From: an uncultured Spirochaetota bacterium
Lineage (GTDB): Bacteria > Spirochaetota > Spirochaetia > SZUA-6 > Fen-1364
Direction: 5' to 3'
DNA: 64,000 nucleotides
Assembly (NCBI GenBank): GCA_963734545.1
Contig: CAVTHO010000008.1
Span: 608,001 to 672,000 of the forward strand
The notes under the pieces are model-generated. The model was not told the DNA's origin and searched no databases. It was given only the letters and a program-made list of their open reading frames with translations. Shown piece by piece: positions 1 through 16,193 of the stretch. The position numbers and the translations under genes were made by a program. The first letter of the stretch is position 1; each line of letters begins with the position of its first letter.

Positions 1-5363
<5,363 letters not shown>

Positions 5364-5542
5364 CGCCGTTCGGCAGTTATCGCACAATGCTGTCAAGTGC
5401 GTCAATGCTCCTGGGCGGCAGGGGCGCCGGAGAACGGTTCTCGCGTTTGGTCGGCACGGGGAGCCTGGTCCTCCCGCGTGCGCCACGGCGCACTCGAATC
5501 GTCTCCTGACCGGAATCCGTGAAAACCGGGTGCCGGATGCAT

Positions 5543-5548
5543 ATAATT
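5543..5548 (+). promoter_or_regulatory. -10 box upstream of the cNMP-domain gene
   Basis: Perfect TATAAT in GC-rich context, followed by an AAGGAG RBS before ATG 5580. Confidence 0.5.
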
Positions 5549-5579
5549 GAGAGCAGTGGAGGGGGAAAGGAGCATAGAG

Positions 5580-6371
5580 ATGTCGTTCAGGCTCAAGGAT
5601 GCGGTTTTCAAGGTCCGCTGCAGGGAACCGGGGTGCCCGTTCAATAACGACTTCACGGTAACGGAAAACATCATGGGCGCCACCGAGGCGGACGTCGACT
5701 CGGAGGCGCTGAAGATCGCCCGGAATATGGGATTCATCAAGCACGACGCGCTGTACGGCAGGAAGCACCAGCTCGTGAACCCGGAAGTGTACAAGGTCGA
5801 TTCCCGCTACGAACGGATCGGAACGACGCCGTACACGCCGCAGGCGGCACCCCCCGCGTTCGGGCAGCAGGCGGCCGCGGGGCCGTCGGTGCCGACAAGG
5901 ACCTACCGTCGGGGCGATGTCATCATCCGGCGAGGGGAGAGCGCCGCAACGGTCTGCGAGGTGATCCGCGGGGTCGCCTTGAACGAGAAACTGCCGGATC
6001 TGGCGTACAAGGCAGGATCGACATTTGGTGCTGCCTCCATTTTCAAGCAGAAGAAGCGGATGGTTGACATCGTTGCCGGAGAAGACGGCACGACAATAGC
6101 CTTCTATAATCTCAGGGAGCTTTCGAAAACAAACCCGGCAAAGGCCCGTGCGCTCTACGACGAGTCCATGGAAGACATCTTCCACATTCTGAGCTATCTG
6201 GAGGAGTACTCCGATTCCCTGGAAAAGCAGGTGAGCAGGCTGCAGGCGGCCAAGAAAGGGCCTGCGGCCAGGAAGGCATCTGCGGCGAAAAAGAAGCCTG
6301 CCAAGCCTGCGCGCAAGGCAGCCTCCAAGGCAAAAAAGGCGAAGACCGGAAAAAAGAAAGCGAAGCGCTGA
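5580..6371 (+). CDS. Cyclic-nucleotide-binding-domain protein with N-terminal Cys/His module and Lys/Ala-rich histone-like tail
   Basis: YRRGDVIIRRGE...VIRG...GSTFG...R cNMP-fold pattern, CREPGC and H-x7-H motifs, C-terminal AAKKKPAKPARKAASKAKKAK. RBS AAGGAG. Confidence 0.7.
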   Translation: MSFRLKDAVFKVRCREPGCPFNNDFTVTENIMGATEADVDSEALKIARNMGFIKHDALYGRKHQLVNPEVYKVDSRYERIGTTPYTPQAAPPAFGQQAAAGPSVPTRTYRRGDVIIRRGESAATVCEVIRGVALNEKLPDLAYKAGSTFGAASIFKQKKRMVDIVAGEDGTTIAFYNLRELSKTNPAKARALYDESMEDIFHILSYLEEYSDSLEKQVSRLQAAKKGPAARKASAAKKKPAKPARKAASKAKKAKTGKKKAKR

Positions 6372-6410
6372 GCCACCGTCCGGAAGCGCTGATCGCTGCA
6401 TCCCCGCGTC

Positions 6411-8979
6411 TCATTTTCGGGGCCGCACACCTGATATCGGCTCGGCATCGAGCGGATTCTCCGGCCAGTAGTGCTTCGGATACCGGCCCCGCATCTCCTT
6501 GCGGACCTCGGCATAGGTCGTGCGCCAGAAGCTCGCCAGATCGCTGGTTATCTGAAGGGGCCGTCGGGCGGGGGACAGGAGCCTGAAGGCGAGCGGAACA
6601 CCGCACACGCGGGGGCTTGCGGCCAGACCGAAAACTTCCTGAATGCGCGCCTCCACCGCGGGCTCGGTTCCCTCATAGTCGATGGGGCGCCGCCCGCCGG
6701 TGGGAAGCGTAAGAGTCTCCGGCACCTCCGCTTCGAAAGCTCCCCGATCCGCCCCGAGCAGCGCCTGCAGGGCATCAGACAGCGGCCCCGCCGTGATCAC
6801 CTGCCCTCCCGTGAGCCTCAGAAACGGCTCCAGCCATTCACCGGACCGGGTGGCAAGCCCCGAATCCGACAGGTCACCGAGGCCGCGCTCGGGCCGTTTC
6901 CGCGCGTAAAAACGCATGCGCGCCAGGAGGCCGCGGGTGCGCGCGTTCCACGGCAGGATGCCGATTCCCTGCCGCTGGAGGTGCGCGCCGAATGAGGCGG
7001 CAATCTCCGCCGCAGCCGGACGGGCCGGCCGCTCGCTCAGGGAAAGCCTTCCCGCGCGTCTGACATGGATTCCCTTTGGCACGAGTCCCTCCCAGCGGAT
7101 CTCGAGGGATTCTTCCGCGGCGAGCGCGAGGATCCTGTCCGCCTCCTCCTGGTCCATTGGCGCGGCGAGCCTGATGATCCCCGAGGTCTCGCCCGCATCG
7201 GCATCCGGCGCCGTGATCCAGTGCGCCGCTGCGCGGCTGGCCACGGCGAGCGGATTACGCGCCGCGGTACTCCGCGGGTTCTGCCCCGAGGGGCCGCGGC
7301 CTGATCCGGGAAACCGCGCGACCCGTCCCGTGACCAGCCGGTAGGACCCGTCCGGCTCCCTCCGAGCGATCCGGTCCGGGAACGCATAGCCCAGCAGGTT
7401 GCCCACCCGCTCCTCCTGGTCGACGGTCCAGCCGCGTGTCGCTCCCTCCCGGGCGTGACGAGCGGCGGAGAATGCGCTCCATCTCGAGACCCACGGCCCT
7501 CCGCCATGAATCAGCTCCCCCCCTCCCCGTCCGTATCATTTCCAGCCGGACCCGGAAGTCCGGATCTCCGCCGGCCCCTGAGCCGTCTCTCTCCTCCAGG
7601 ATCGCGGCGCACGCGGCCGCAAGAACGCGCATGTTTCGACCGGCCCCCCGGATGACGAGGACCCCGAGCCGAGGCGCCAGCCCGAGCCCTGCCACGGTTC
7701 GGCCGAGGTCCGTCGGACCGCTGTCGTCGAGCAGATCGAGCATGCGCAGGATCTGCGCGGCCTGGCTCCACGCGGCGGCGGGAGGCGGATCGAGCCATCG
7801 GAGATCCGCGCCGCTGCGCGCGCCCCAGAGGGCGCACTCGAGCACGAGCCCCGAGAGGTCTTCCCGGAGGATCTCGGGGTCCGGCCGGGACAGGAGGCGT
7901 TCCGACTCGGCCCAGAAGCGCACGCAGAGCCCGGGGCCCAGCCTGCCCGCCCGGCCGCGCCTCTGGTCTGCCGAGGATGCGCTCACGCGCTCCGTGACCA
8001 GCCTGTCCAGGCCGGTCGCGGGGTGGAAGCGGGAGAGCCGGGCCCAACCGGAGTCTGCCACCGTGCGAATGCCCGGGACTGTCAGGCTGGTCTCCGCGAC
8101 GGAAGTGGCGAGGATCACCCTTCGCGGCATCGGATCGGTCCGCCCTGCTGCGGCCGCTGTTTCCATCGAACGCCCGATCACCCTCTGCTGCTCCTCCAGG
8201 CGCATGGTCCCGTGCAGGGGCAGGACTTCCGCCCGGCCGCCCAGCAGGCCGGTCAGCCTGGCTCCCACCCGGCGGATCTCCCCCGCCCCGGGAAGGAAAG
8301 CGAGAAGGTCGCCCTCTGTCTCTTCGAACAACCGCGCGGTACCATCGGCAAAGCCCTCCTCCCAGCGTCCTGCCTGCCCCAGTGCCTGATAGCGCGTATC
8401 CACCGGGTGCAGGGAGCCGGGGCAATGCAGGGAGGGCGCGGGGCCGGCCCCGGAACTTCCCAGGAGGGCGGCGACGGACTCGGTGTCCAGGGTGGCGGAC
8501 ATGACCAGGAGCGCGAGATCCCCCCGCGCGCGCCGCACCTCGAGGGCGAGGGCGAGCGCCAGGTCGGCGTGGATCGAGCGCTCGTGAAACTCGTCCAGGA
8601 TCACCAGGCCCACGCCGGCAAGAAGCGGGTCCTCCTGTATCCGGCGCGTGAGCAGCGCCTCCGTCACCACCAGGATCCGCGTGTCCCTGCTCACCCGGGA
8701 GGCGGTGCGCACCGTGTAGCCCGCGCGCCGTCCCAGGGGCTCGCCAAGGAGGTCCGCGATCCTTGCGGACACCGCGACAGCCGCGAGGCGCCGAGGCTCG
8801 AGCATGATGATGGACCGCCCGGCCAGCCATGGCGCGTCCATGAGGTAGGGAGGAACGAGCGTGGACTTGCCGGCGCCGGGTTCTGCCGTCAGGGCGAGCA
8901 CGCGCTGATGCTCGAGAGACTCGGAAATCCGCGGCAGAAAGGGAACGAGCGGCAGGCCCGTCTGGGAGAAGTCCATCAT
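6411..8979 (-). CDS. hrpB: ATP-dependent RNA helicase HrpB (one frameshift near 7410-7440)
   Basis: GAGKST, LEPRRLAA, DEFHER, MSAT, TSVAETSLT, QRRGRAGR, and the C-terminal LLSPARRPLQIT...YPKHYWP HrpB motif. Confidence 0.95.
7250..7283 (-). repeat. Palindromic mini-repeat copy inside hrpB
   Basis: CCGCGG-TACT-CCGCGG at 7262-7277, with a partial second unit 24 bp away. Encodes QNPRSTAARNP. Confidence 0.75.
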
Positions 8980-9019
8980 GTGCGCGGAAGCGACAGGTCC
9001 CGCGGCGGAACGGGACGGC

Positions 9020-9220
9020 TCAGGCGCGCGGAGCCTTCCTTCGCGCGGCACCGAGCACGGTAAGAACGATCCCCACCGCGCCGACGATTGCTCCAATAAC
9101 GGTCCAGAGCGAGTTTCCCGACATGACGGCACTCTGGGTCAGGACGTTGGTCCCCTGGAGCACCCAGACAGCTCCGAGCAGGACAAACAGTATTCCCACG
9201 ATGATAAGGACCCACCTCAT
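9020..9220 (-). CDS. Small two-TM membrane protein
   Basis: Two hydrophobic segments flanking WVLQG...SAVMSGNSLW. GGAGG RBS upstream. Confidence 0.75.
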   Translation of the reverse strand: MRWVLIIVGILFVLLGAVWVLQGTNVLTQSAVMSGNSLWTVIGAIVGAVGIVLTVLGAARRKAPRA

Positions 9221-9280
9221 ATGAAACCTCCCTCAAGGAACCATCCGAATATACTGAAGTTTCGAGGCTCCCGGATGGGC

Positions 9281-10087
9281 TCATGGGCTCCCCGCAGGTG
9301 CCGGCATGCTCACGCCCTCCTTCACCATGCGCCGCGCACGGTATCGCACCATCCGTCTTCCTTCAACGGCTTCGAACCCCAGGCCCAATTGGAAGGGTGC
9401 GTGCGCATCCGAGCCCGGAGTGAGGGGAAGGCCGCGCCGGGCCATCAGGGCGACGATCTCGGGCGAGGGGTAGGTTTCGCCGATCTCCTTGCGCGCGCCG
9501 GATGTATTGATCTCCGCGCTCATGCCGCGTGAGATGCACAAACCGATTATTTCCTCCACCTCCGCGCGATGCGTTGCCAGGAGCGGTCTTCCGGGCCTCT
9601 TGATGAGGTCGAAATGCGCAAGACAATCGTAGAGGTCTGTTTCGATACCCTTGCGGATCGCCGCCAGGTAGTCGTCATAGATGCGCGCGAGCGGCCGGGT
9701 GTCGCGATCGAAATCGAAGACAAACTGGTCCTCCGGCCAATCCCGGATGAAATGGACGGACATGAGGACGAAGTCGAACGCGTGCGCCGAGAGAAAGCGC
9801 GCGACATACTCCTCCCTCCCCTCGATGTAGTCCGCCTCGATCCCGCTCAGAATCGTGAGCGCGGGAAACAATGCGCGGGTACGCTCCAGCTCGTCCAGGT
9901 AGCGGGGGAAGTCCGCGCTCGCCATTCGCAGCCTGTCACCGAGGAATCCGGGACGGAATCCCGGCAGGGGAAGATGGGGCGTGAAGCATATCTCGCGCAT
10001 GCCCCGGGCCACGGCCGCGCGGGCATATTCTTCAAGGCTGCCGGTTGCGTGCCGGCAGAAGTGGCAGTGCATGTGATAATCGTGCAT
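9281..10087 (-). CDS. PHP-family histidinol-phosphatase (HisJ/HisK-like)
   Basis: DYHMH, FTPH, GIEAD, SVH, AHFDL, EINTSG and GSDAH metal-binding motifs. Confidence 0.88.
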   Translation of the reverse strand: MHDYHMHCHFCRHATGSLEEYARAAVARGMREICFTPHLPLPGFRPGFLGDRLRMASADFPRYLDELERTRALFPALTILSGIEADYIEGREEYVARFLSAHAFDFVLMSVHFIRDWPEDQFVFDFDRDTRPLARIYDDYLAAIRKGIETDLYDCLAHFDLIKRPGRPLLATHRAEVEEIIGLCISRGMSAEINTSGARKEIGETYPSPEIVALMARRGLPLTPGSDAHAPFQLGLGFEAVEGRRMVRYRARRMVKEGVSMPAPAGSP

Positions 10088-10124
10088 CGGGAATGACAAC
10101 CTCGATTCAACTGGTGTAGCGACG

Positions 10125-12623
10125 GTGACTGGGAGTAGTATACTGATCAGGGGGAGGCATGGAAACACCGGCCGGCAGAACGTGGGCAAGACCGTCGGTC
10201 TCCGCGAACGCCATTTCAGGACGCTCGTTGAAAACTCGCCCGACCTGATCACGCGATTCGACCGCGAATGCCGTACCCTGTATGCGAATCCGGCAGCCGT
10301 GAGGGAGCTGGGCGCCCACACGGGAGTGCTCCTCGGCAAGACACACGGGGAGATGGGGCTGCCGGACAGAATAGTGGCGAGCTCGGAAGCGACGATCCGG
10401 CGCGTGTTCGAAACGGGACAAGAACAGGTTTTCGAGATGACGGTTCAGAGGCCGGGAGGGATGAAGCACTATCTTGCCCGCGTCGTCCCCGAGTACGGGG
10501 ATGACGGCGTCATCGAATCAGCCCTCGTCATCCACAGGGACATCACCGCGCACAAAACCGCCGAGACGGCGCTGCGCGAAAGCGAACAGCACTATCAAGA
10601 GCTCCTTGCCGCGGCCGGGCGGCAGGCCCAGGAGATAGAGCTCCTCGACCGGGTCCGCACCGCGCTTGCCGGGGAATTGGAGCTGCCCGTCGTGTTTCGC
10701 ACGGTCGTGGAGGGCACGGCGGCCGCGTTCGGCTACACCCAGGTGAGCCTCTACCTCCTCCAGGGAGACGTGCTGAAATGCCAGCATCAGGTCGGGTATG
10801 CGCACATCATCGAGGAGGTTCCCGTCACGCGCGGCATAATGGGCCGGGTCGCACGGACAGGGAGGGCGGCCCTCGTGGAGGATGTGCGCGCCGATCCGGA
10901 TTTCATCGGGGCGATCGAGGGCATCGTCTCGGAAGTGTGCATTCCCCTCCGGGACCAGGGCAGGGTCGTCGGCACATTCAACGTGGAGAGCACGGGCGGG
11001 GTCACGATGGGTGAGGCCGATCTGCGGCTGATGTCGGCGCTCGGGGAGCATGTGAGCATCGCGATCGCCAAGGCGCGTCTGTATACGGCGGCCCGGGCCA
11101 GCGAGGAGCGCTACCGCCAGCTCGTCGAGACCCTCGGCGAAGGGATCACGATCGTCGATTCGGAAGAGAACGTGCTGCTCGCGAATCCGGCTGCGGAATC
11201 CGTGTTCGGGGTGCCGCGGGGCGCGCTCGCCGGAAGAAACCTCCGGGAGTTTCTCAACGAAAAAGAGTACGCCCGCATCCGCGCCGAATCCGGCAGACGC
11301 CGCCACGAGGAGAGCACGACGTACGAGCTCGAGCTCATCCGTCCTGACGGCGGGGTCCGCCTGATCCAGGTGACCGCGACCCCGCACCATGACGAGAACG
11401 GGGCGTTCGCCGGGACCTTCGGCACCCTGCACGACATCACGGAGGCCCGCAGGACCGAGGAGGCCCTCCAGCGGATCGAGGACAGGCTCGCCCAGGCGCA
11501 GAAGATGGAGGCGGTGGGGCGGCTGGCGGGCGGCATCGCGCATGACTTCAACAACCTTCTCACGGTCATCAGCGGCTACGCGGGCCTCATCGACGAAAAC
11601 CTGAAGAGCTCCCACCCCATGAAACCCGACATCGAACAGATCAGGAAAGCGGCGGAGCGGGCCGCGGACCTGACCGCGCAGCTCCTTGCCTTCAGCAGAA
11701 AGCAGGTGCTCCAGCCGCGCGTCATCGAGCTGAATGAAATCGTCAAGGGCATGGAGACGATGCTCCGCCGCGTCATCGGAGAGGATATCGAGCTGGTGAC
11801 GGCGCTCCCGCCGCGGACGGGCAACGTGAAGGCGGACAGGGGACAGATCGAGCAGGTGATCATCAATCTCGCCGCGAACGCGCGGGACGCAATGCCCGCC
11901 GGCGGAAAGCTCACCATCGAGACGGACAACCGGTCCCTCGGCGACTCCCATTTGCGCGAGCATCCCGAGCTGCTCCCGGGTGACTATGTCATGCTCGCGG
12001 TCCGGGATACGGGGGTGGGAATGAACGCGGAAACTCTCTCCCGCATCTTCGAGCCCTTCTTCACGACGAAGGAGGTGGGAAAGGGGACCGGCCTGGGACT
12101 GGCAATGGTCTACGGCATCGTCAAGCAGAGCGGAGGCTACGTCTACTGCGAAAGCGTGGTCGGTGAAGGCTCCACCTTCACGATGTTCTTCCCCAGGGTC
12201 CACGGGATGCTCTCCACGGGCCGGGAGGAAGAAGAGGCGCGGGCCCTCGCGGGTGGCAATGAGACAATCCTGCTGGCCGAGGATGAAGAGGCGGTCCGAC
12301 GGTTTACCCGGGCGATTCTGGAAAAGTACGGCTACCGGGTGATAGAGGCGGGCAGCGGCGTGGAAGCGCTGGAGGCGCTCTCCGCTGCCGGATGCCGCAT
12401 CCAACTCCTCCTCTCCGACGTCATCATGCCGCAGATGAGCGGACCCGATCTCGGGCGCAAGGTGAAGAAAATCTGCCCGGAAGCCCGGATCCTCTACATG
12501 TCCGGATATGCGGAGAGCTCGATCGTCCACCGCGGGATCCTCGATGCGGAAGTCGCGCTGCTCCAGAAACCGTTCGATGCCGCGACGCTGCTGGGGAAGG
12601 TCCGCGAGGTCCTGGACCGCTAG
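10125..12623 (+). CDS. Hybrid sensor histidine kinase (PAS-GAF-PAS-HisKA-HATPase-REC); start uncertain
   Basis: AGGIAHDFNNLL H-box, EPFFTTK, GTGLGL and receiver SDVIMP...KPF. PAS and GAF segments are N-terminal. Confidence 0.93.
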   Translation: MTGSSILIRGRHGNTGRQNVGKTVGLRERHFRTLVENSPDLITRFDRECRTLYANPAAVRELGAHTGVLLGKTHGEMGLPDRIVASSEATIRRVFETGQEQVFEMTVQRPGGMKHYLARVVPEYGDDGVIESALVIHRDITAHKTAETALRESEQHYQELLAAAGRQAQEIELLDRVRTALAGELELPVVFRTVVEGTAAAFGYTQVSLYLLQGDVLKCQHQVGYAHIIEEVPVTRGIMGRVARTGRAALVEDVRADPDFIGAIEGIVSEVCIPLRDQGRVVGTFNVESTGGVTMGEADLRLMSALGEHVSIAIAKARLYTAARASEERYRQLVETLGEGITIVDSEENVLLANPAAESVFGVPRGALAGRNLREFLNEKEYARIRAESGRRRHEESTTYELELIRPDGGVRLIQVTATPHHDENGAFAGTFGTLHDITEARRTEEALQRIEDRLAQAQKMEAVGRLAGGIAHDFNNLLTVISGYAGLIDENLKSSHPMKPDIEQIRKAAERAADLTAQLLAFSRKQVLQPRVIELNEIVKGMETMLRRVIGEDIELVTALPPRTGNVKADRGQIEQVIINLAANARDAMPAGGKLTIETDNRSLGDSHLREHPELLPGDYVMLAVRDTGVGMNAETLSRIFEPFFTTKEVGKGTGLGLAMVYGIVKQSGGYVYCESVVGEGSTFTMFFPRVHGMLSTGREEEEARALAGGNETILLAEDEEAVRRFTRAILEKYGYRVIEAGSGVEALEALSAAGCRIQLLLSDVIMPQMSGPDLGRKVKKICPEARILYMSGYAESSIVHRGILDAEVALLQKPFDAATLLGKVREVLDR

Positions 12624-12743
12624 CGCGGCGGAACGCCGCGCGAAGGGGGCCCCCTTCCGCGGTACTCCGCGGAGTTGGGCGGCAGCGCGGTCGCTCCCGG
12701 CGACATTTCGTTGGAGCGCCGAAGCAGCGCGGGATACCGTGCT
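12623..12743. repeat. Hairpin cluster between convergent genes, including two mini-repeat units
   Basis: GCGCGGCG-GAA-CGCCGCGC, GAAGGGG-GC-CCCCTTC, CCGCGG-TACT-CCGCGG (12657-12672) and AGCGCGG-GATA-CCGTGCT (12726-12743). Confidence 0.7.
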
Positions 12744-12775
12744 AGGGCGAGAAACGGCGGGAGCCCTGGGGGAGC

Positions 12776-15700
12776 CTAGTCGCCGGAGACGGCCTTCAAC
12801 GCCTTCCGCGCCTGGCGCTTCTGAGGCTTCTCCACCTCCAGCTGCATGGTCTGCGGAGCTTCCAGTGTCTTCTGCTCCTCCAGCTTTGCCGCGCGTCTGC
12901 GCTCGAACAGGTAGAACGCGCAGGGCACCACGAAGAAGGTCAGTATGGCGGAGAACAGGATCCCGCCCAGCATGACGATGCCCATGCGCTGACCGTACTC
13001 GGATCCCTGGCCGCGGCCGAGCATCAACGGGAAGCTGATCACGAGCACGGTGAGAGTGGTCATGACGATCGGCCGGAAGCGAAGGTGCGCCGCCTCGATG
13101 CAGGGCATCCACGAACGGCATCTTGCCGATCCTCTCCACGACGAAGTCCAGGTACAGGATGGCGTTCTTTGCGGAGAGCCCGATCAGCATCAGCATGCCC
13201 ATGAGACCGAAGATGTCCAGCCCGCCGCCGATGAGGTAGACCAGCCACAGCGGCGCCGACGAGCGCCAGAGGCACCGGCAGGAGCAGGTAGACGGGGTAG
13301 CGCCACGAGTTGAACTGTGCCGCCATGACGAGGTAGGCAAGAAACAGCGCGAGCAGGAAGATCACGGGACCCGTGGCCGCAAGGGAGCTGGCGAGGGCGG
13401 CCTGCGAGAACCTGCTGCCCGCCGTCAGGTTCACGTCGCCGCCAATCGAGCCCGGCTTTCGTCAGCTCCGCGGTGATCATCGTCTGCATGGTGAGAGCGG
13501 TGGGTGCATTGGGCTTGAGATTGACGGTGAGCTGCCCGGTGTACTGACGGTTGTCGCGGCTGAGGCTCAACGGCGCCTGATTCAGCACGAAATTTCCCAG
13601 CTGTCCGATCCGGAGGTGGTCTGGAGCGCCGGGGAATAGATGGGAAGGTTGAGAAGCGACTGCCCGCCCGAGATCGTGGTCGGATCGGCCTGCACCTGGA
13701 TGGGGTAGCTGATGCCGCCCGTGATCACATTCGATGCCTGCGTGCCCGTCGTGTAGGTCTGCAGAGCCTGCGCGACCTGGTTGGGAGTGATTCCCGTCCC
13801 TTTCATGCGGGAAGGGTCGGGAATGAAGTCGTTTTCCAGTGTCACGAGGGAGAGGCTCGACGTGACATCCGTGACGTAGGGATTGGCCTGCAGCTCCTGG
13901 ATGATCGCGTTGTTCCGCGCGTTGAGCGTGTTGAAGTCAGCGGAAACCACATTGAGCTGGAGGGAGGGCCCGAACCCGCCTCCGAATCCGCTGCCCGCGC
14001 TCACGGAAATCGTTGTCGAAGGCTGGTCGCGGAAGAGCCGCAGGAGCTCCTGTCGATAGAGTGCGGTCAGGGCGGGGACTCCGGGCCTCTTGCCCATCGG
14101 CACGAGCTGGACGACCACTTCTGCCCGCCGCCTCCCACGACGGATCTGGATGGTCACGACCTCGGGTCTCTGCATCAGGTAGGTCTCGACTCTCTGGGTG
14201 CCCTGGTTCACGACCAGGGGCGGAGTTCCGCGGGGGAACCGGACATTCACCTGCATGACACCGGAGTCGGTCGTGGGCACGAAATTGAAGGGCAGGCGCG
14301 GCACGACCACGACGGCGGAAACGACGAGGAACGCGACGGCGCCGCTGAGGACCCATACGCTGCCCTTCAGGAGCGTGCCGAGGGACGGCCGTGTACCTGT
14401 CCCGTACCCATTCCAGCCCTGCCTCGGTCCAGCCGTGTAGAGTGGTGGTCAGGGCCTGCAGGAGCGAGAGGACGATTCGGCCGACGTAATAGACGATTCC
14501 CAGCGCGAGCGGATAGGCGACGATTGCGGACACGTAGATCCACTTGCCGCTCACGACCCGGATCACGATCGCAACGCCGATGCCGAGAATGATTCCGAAA
14601 CCCTTCCGCCAGGTCTTCAAACCCCATCGAATCGCATCAGGGAGTTGAATCCAGCTCCTGAGAAAATCCTCGTAGGTGAGCGTATGGGACTCCGGAGTGT
14701 AGGCAAGCCGCACCGTGAGAAAGAGGACCGCCTCCAGAAGGGAGAAGGCGACCGCGGCGGCAAGGCCGAGGGAGAACTGCTGCAGGTAGCGGCCGATGAA
14801 TCCCCCGATGAAGCTCACGGGGAGCAGCACGGAGAGCAGCGAGAGGGAGGCCGCGACGACGGCGCTGAAGACCTCGCTTGCGCCCTTGAGCACGGACTCC
14901 TTGAGGCTGAATCCCATGGCGCGGTACCGCTCCACGTTCTCCGAGACGACGATCGAGTCGTCCACCACGATTCCGATGGCGATGATCAGTGCCAGCAGGG
15001 ACACGAGATTGAAGGAGAACCCGGCGAGCCTGTACAGGATGGGCGCGGCGGACAGGGCGATGGGAATTGCCGCGAATGACGGAAATGGCCGTGTTCAGCT
15101 TGCCGAGGAACAGCAGGACGATCAGTGCCACGACGAGGGCGGTGATGAAAAGCTCGTGGTAGGTCGCCTCTATGGATGCCTTGATCGGGCCGGTCGTGTC
15201 ATTGCTGTAGGTGAGCGAGTAGCCTTTCGGCAGCAGCGTGCTTGTTCATCAGGTCCCGCACGCCCTGGACAACGGCGACCGAGTTGGAATCCGTGGTCCT
15301 CTGGACGGATACGAGCACCACGGGTTTCCCGTTCACCCGTGCATAATTCGTGTCCACCGGGACGTCACGGACGGTGCCAAGGTCGTCCACCGCGATGCCG
15401 CGCGCAGGGTCCACCAGGGTGTGCGCGATCTGGAGCAGGTTGACCGGCACGTTCTGCGTGGTGAAGGTCAGCGAGCTGTTCTGGCTGATGATGGTGCCGA
15501 TGGGCGTGTTGACCGCGGAATTGATGATGGCGGACGACGACCTGCTGGGGCACGAGGTTGAAGTACTGCAGCTTGTTCGGATCCAGGTAGAACGACAAAC
15601 TGGCGCGCAGGGGCGCCGTCGACGCCGACATTCGCCACTCCCGGGACGAGCTGGAGCGCCGGGGTCAGGGTGTTCTGCACATAGTCGCTCACTTCCGACG

Positions 15701-16193
15701 GGCTCGCCGCGCCACCCGAGATGCCGAACTGGACGATGGGCTGCGAGTTGGGATCGAAAGTGCGGATGGTCGGCGGGTTGACCCCCGACGGAAGGCTGCG
15801 GATGGCCGCCGCCACGAGCGTGGATACCTGGTTCGCATCCGCGGTCTTGTCGGTGCTCGCGTCGAAGCTGATGGCGACCCGGCTGATGCCGATGGAGCTG
15901 TTGGAGCTGATGTCCGTGATGCCGCTCAGGGAGGAGACCACGTTCTCTATGACCTGCGTGATCTGCTGGTCGACCACGCCCGGGGTGGCGCCGGGGAACG
16001 ACGTGACAACCAGGACAACCGGGATGTTCACGGCGGGCAGGAGGTCGACGCCGAGACTGAACGTCGAGATAATGCCGAATACAACGACCGCGACGAAGAT
16101 GCCGATGGCAAGCACGTAGCGCGTGATCGAGAAGTTGACCGCGGGGTTGATCTTGTTGAAGATCGTCGCTTCGAAGTCGCGGAGGCTCTTCAT
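12776..16193 (-). CDS. RND efflux permease (AcrB/AcrD/AcrF family), frameshifted
   Basis: [28 protein letters not shown] and RFRPIVMT proton-relay motifs across frames. Confidence 0.92.

Noticed and set aside
10518-13340. Long antisense or alternative-frame ORFs (e.g. 940, 645, 639, 605 aa)
   Set aside because: These are shadows of real genes in high-GC DNA, Arg/Gly/Pro-rich and without motifs, apart from short frameshifted pieces of the real genes.
14921-14930. GCGGTACCGC as a mini-repeat copy
   Set aside because: It lacks the 4-nt loop and AAAT leader and encodes the ordinary RND sequence ERYRA.
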